A stretch of 64,000 nucleotides of DNA from Thermoanaerobaculia bacterium (GTDB lineage Bacteria; Acidobacteriota; Thermoanaerobaculia; Multivoradales; Multivoraceae), in the NCBI GenBank assembly GCA_963666565.1, contig OY762911.1:736001-800000 (forward strand), given 5' to 3'. The notes beneath the pieces were generated by a model. It was not told where the DNA came from, did no database searches, and saw only the letters and a list, made by a program, of their open reading frames with translations. Positions 59,501-64,000 of the stretch are shown here, one piece after another; the first letter of the stretch is position 1; every line of letters starts with the position of its first letter. A program made the translations under genes and the position numbers.

Positions 59501-60559
59501 CTAACGGCGCCGGAGGCCCCAGAGGTCGTGAACGTGGACGAGGCCCCGGAGGCGGCCGTCGCCGCCGGTGACGAAGAGGGACGTGATGCGGTGCCGCTCC
59601 ATCGACTCCACCGCGACGGAGACCAGGGCGTCCGCGGGAATCGTCTTCGGCTCCGGCGTCATGTAGTTGCGGACCGCGCGGTCGAGGAAGGCGCCGCCGC
59701 CCGCCCCCGCCGCGGCTGCCGCGTTCAGCAGCCGCCGCAGGTCGCCGTCCGAGATCACGCCGCGGAGCGCCCCCGCGTCGTCCAGGACCGCCGTGATGCC
59801 GAACGACTTCTCCGTCATCTCGAACAGCGCCTCGCGCAGCGGCGACTCGAGCTCCACCCGGGGCAGCGCGTCGCCGCGGTGCATCACCTGCTCCACCGTC
59901 ATCAGCCGTCGGCCGAGCGCGCCGCCGGGATGCAGCGTCGCGAAGTCCTCCAGCGTGAAGCCGCGGGCCTCGAGCAGGGCCATCGCCAGCGCGTCGCCCA
60001 GAGCCAGGGTCGCGGTCGTCGAGGCGGTGGGCGCCAGGTTCAGGGGGCACGCCTCCTGGTCGATCGCCGCCGAGAGGTGCAGGTCGGCCCGCTCGGCGAG
60101 CGTGCTCCGGGCGGCGCCGGTGATTGCGATCAGCGGCACGCCCCGGCGGTGCAGCACGTCGGTCATCCGGAGGAGCTCTTCCGTGCCGCCGGACGACGAC
60201 GCGGCCAGCACGACGTCGCCGGGCACGATCATGCCGAGGTCGCCGTGGATCGCCTCGGCCGGGTGGATGAAGAGCGCCGGCGTCCCCGTCGAAGACAGGG
60301 TCGCCGCGACCTTCTTCATCACGTGGCCGCTCTTGCCCATGCCGGTGCAGACGACCCGCCCCCGGCAGTCGCGCATCCGCCGCACGGCCTCGCCGAACTC
60401 GTCGCCGAGCTGGCCGATCAGGCCCTCGATCGCGGCCGCCTCGATCGCCAGCACCTTGCGGGCGATCTCCAGGCTGCGGTCCTCGCCGGCCGCCGGCGCC
60501 GCAGGCGCCGCGCCCGTCACAGCCGCCGCGACCCCCGCCGCCACGTTCGCCCCGGTCAC
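59501..60559 (-). CDS. kdsD: Arabinose 5-phosphate isomerase (SIS + CBS)
   Basis: TGMGKSGH, HPAEAIHGDLG, APTAST, HPGGALG. Confidence 0.95.
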   Translation of the reverse strand: MTGANVAAGVAAAVTGAAPAAPAAGEDRSLEIARKVLAIEAAAIEGLIGQLGDEFGEAVRRMRDCRGRVVCTGMGKSGHVMKKVAATLSSTGTPALFIHPAEAIHGDLGMIVPGDVVLAASSSGGTEELLRMTDVLHRRGVPLIAITGAARSTLAERADLHLSAAIDQEACPLNLAPTASTTATLALGDALAMALLEARGFTLEDFATLHPGGALGRRLMTVEQVMHRGDALPRVELESPLREALFEMTEKSFGITAVLDDAGALRGVISDGDLRRLLNAAAAAGAGGGAFLDRAVRNYMTPEPKTIPADALVSVAVESMERHRITSLFVTGGDGRLRGLVHVHDLWGLRRR

Positions 60560-61392
60560 GCCCAGGCCCCTTCCGCCGCCCGCGCGCGGTGGATCTCGAG
60601 CGCCGACAGCAGCAGGTTCTCGGCCCGCCGAAGCGGCAACTGAGTCTCCCGGTCGCAGCGCGCGGCGTCCGGGTCGGGGTGCGTCTCCAGGTAGAGGCCG
60701 GCCGCGCCGGCGGCGACGGCGGCCCGCGTCAGCGGTTCGGCGAAGCGGCGGTCGCCGCCGCTCTCTCGTTCGCGCGCGCCGGGAAGCTGCAGCGAGTGGG
60801 TCACGTCGTAGAGAACGGCGATCCCGTTCTCGGCCAGGATCCGGAAGCTCCGCATGTCGACAACCAGGTTCCGGTAGCCGAACGAACTGCCGCGCTCGGT
60901 GACGGCGACCCGTGCGTTGCCGGTCGCGCGCGCCTTGTCGACCGCCCGCACCATGTCGTCGGGCGCCATGAACTGGCCCTTCTTCACCAGGAGCGGACGG
61001 CCGGTGGCAGCGGCCTCGGTCACGAGGTCGGTCTGCCGGCAGAGGAAGGCCGGGATCTGGAGCGCGTCGCACACCTCGGCGGCGGCGCCGCACTGGCCCG
61101 GCTCGTGGACGTCCGTCAGCACGGGGAGGCCGGTGACCTCCTTGACCTCCCGGAGCGCGGCCAGGCCCTCGTCGAGTCCGGGACCGCGGAAGCTGTCGCC
61201 CGAGCTGCGGTTCGCCTTGTCGAAGGAGGACTTGAAGATCAGCGGCAGGCCCAGGCGGTGGCTCATCGCCTGGAGTTCCTGGCCGAAGCCGACCAGCCAG
61301 TCGCGGCCCTCGATCACGCAGGGGCCGGCGATCGCCGGCAACGCGCCGCCGCCGAGCGCGACCCCCGGCGCGAGCTCGAAGCCGTCCGTCAA
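60556..61392 (-). CDS. kdsA: KDO 8-phosphate synthase
   Basis: IAGPCVIE, KSSFDKANRSS, QIPAFLCRQTDL, KKGQF. Confidence 0.97.
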   Translation of the reverse strand: MTDGFELAPGVALGGGALPAIAGPCVIEGRDWLVGFGQELQAMSHRLGLPLIFKSSFDKANRSSGDSFRGPGLDEGLAALREVKEVTGLPVLTDVHEPGQCGAAAEVCDALQIPAFLCRQTDLVTEAAATGRPLLVKKGQFMAPDDMVRAVDKARATGNARVAVTERGSSFGYRNLVVDMRSFRILAENGIAVLYDVTHSLQLPGARERESGGDRRFAEPLTRAAVAAGAAGLYLETHPDPDAARCDRETQLPLRRAENLLLSALEIHRARAAEGAWA

Positions 61393-61399
61393 GGCGCCC

Positions 61400-63085
<1,686 letters not shown>

Positions 63086-63123
63086 CTAAACCTCGTCCTG
63101 TCCTGTCCCTGTTCGTCGGCGAC

Positions 63124-63921
63124 TCACGATGGCGGCGCCCCGGAACCCTCGGGCGACTCGGCCCGCATCCGCCGCTCCGCCGTCGCCAGGTCCATCGGCG
63201 TATCGACGCCCAGCGGCGCCTCGTCGACCGGCAGGACCCGGATGCGGATGCCGTTCTCCAGCGCCCGGAGCTGCTCCAGGCTTTCGCTGCGCTCGAGCGG
63301 CGACCGGTCCAGGGCGGCGAGCCGCAGGAGGGTCGTGCGGCGGTAGCCGTAGACGCCCACGTGCAGCCGCGCCGGGGCCGGCGGCTTCAGCGCGAGGTCC
63401 TTCCGCCGGCGGAAGGGAATCGCCGCGCGGCTGAAGTAGAGGGCGTAGCCGTCGACGCCGCAGACGACCTTGACCTGGTTCGGATCCCGCAGCGCCCTGT
63501 CGTCGACGTCGGCGGCCAGGGTCGCCATCTCCTCCTCGGGGTGCGCCCGCAGGTGCGCCGCGAGTTCCGTGACGGCCGCGGGATCGAGCAGCGGCTCGTC
63601 GCCCTGCACGTTGACGATGGCGTCCGCCCGCCAGTCGCGCGCCGCCCAGGCGATCCGGTCGGTGCCGCTCTGGCAGTCCCCGGGCGTCATCTCGCAGAGA
63701 CCGCCGAAGCCCTCCACCGTGCGGAAGATTTCCTCGTGATCCGTCAGCACGACGACGGCGTCGAGGCCGGAGGCCTCGCTCGCTCGCCGGTAGACGTGCT
63801 CGATCATCGGTCGGCCGCAGATCGTCAGCAGAGCCTTCCCGGGCAGTCGAATCGAGTCATGGCGAGCGGGAATGGCACAGACGACGCCGGTCGCGTCTGC
63901 TACGGAACCCGCCTTCGACAC
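63124..63921 (-). CDS. kdsB: CMP-KDO synthetase
   Basis: IPARHDSIRLPGK, SGTDR, VNVQGDEP, LYFSR, SLEQLRALE. Confidence 0.96.
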   Translation of the reverse strand: MSKAGSVADATGVVCAIPARHDSIRLPGKALLTICGRPMIEHVYRRASEASGLDAVVVLTDHEEIFRTVEGFGGLCEMTPGDCQSGTDRIAWAARDWRADAIVNVQGDEPLLDPAAVTELAAHLRAHPEEEMATLAADVDDRALRDPNQVKVVCGVDGYALYFSRAAIPFRRRKDLALKPPAPARLHVGVYGYRRTTLLRLAALDRSPLERSESLEQLRALENGIRIRVLPVDEAPLGVDTPMDLATAERRMRAESPEGSGAPPS

Positions 63922-64000
63922 GGCCCACCCTACCCGCGCGCCGCGCCGAGGGTCAAACCGACGGCCGGCGGTAGGCTCGCGGCGTGCAGAACAGGCATCG

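Overview
High-GC bacterial chromosome segment. The acidobacterial VWA protein, the cdaA-cdaR-glmM and kds/pyrG clusters, and a Cys-rich C-terminal domain family suggest Acidobacteriota/Thermoanaerobaculia (inference). Housekeeping genes are ilvD, msbA-like, ligA, a sigma54 regulator, pdxJ, glmM, cdaA/cdaR, ftsH, tilS, rpmG, sod, ctpA, tatC/tatA, kdsABCD, pyrG and 3 canonical tRNAs. The window is saturated with one REP-like palindrome, CTGGGTGC-GCGGGTC-TTCY-GACCCGC (about 90 copies by hand count), together with its likely cognate RAYT (Y1/HUH) transposase. Main observations: (1) an IS1111-type IS110 element inserted exactly inside a REP; its downstream non-coding region shows a readable bridge/seekRNA whose target guides spell the REP consensus, plus donor guides and a circle-junction promoter; (2) REP arrays and REPINs inserted in frame inside many proteins including GlmM, using all six reading frames, with signs of selection on both ORF and hairpin; (3) two non-canonical tRNA-like elements inside small lower-GC accessory cassettes, next to a WYL gene and a Cas2/SinR-like gene; (4) five secreted proteins sharing an uncharacterised Cys-rich C-terminal domain, clustered around a putative major surface protein with long UTRs; (5) decayed defence-gene mosaics.
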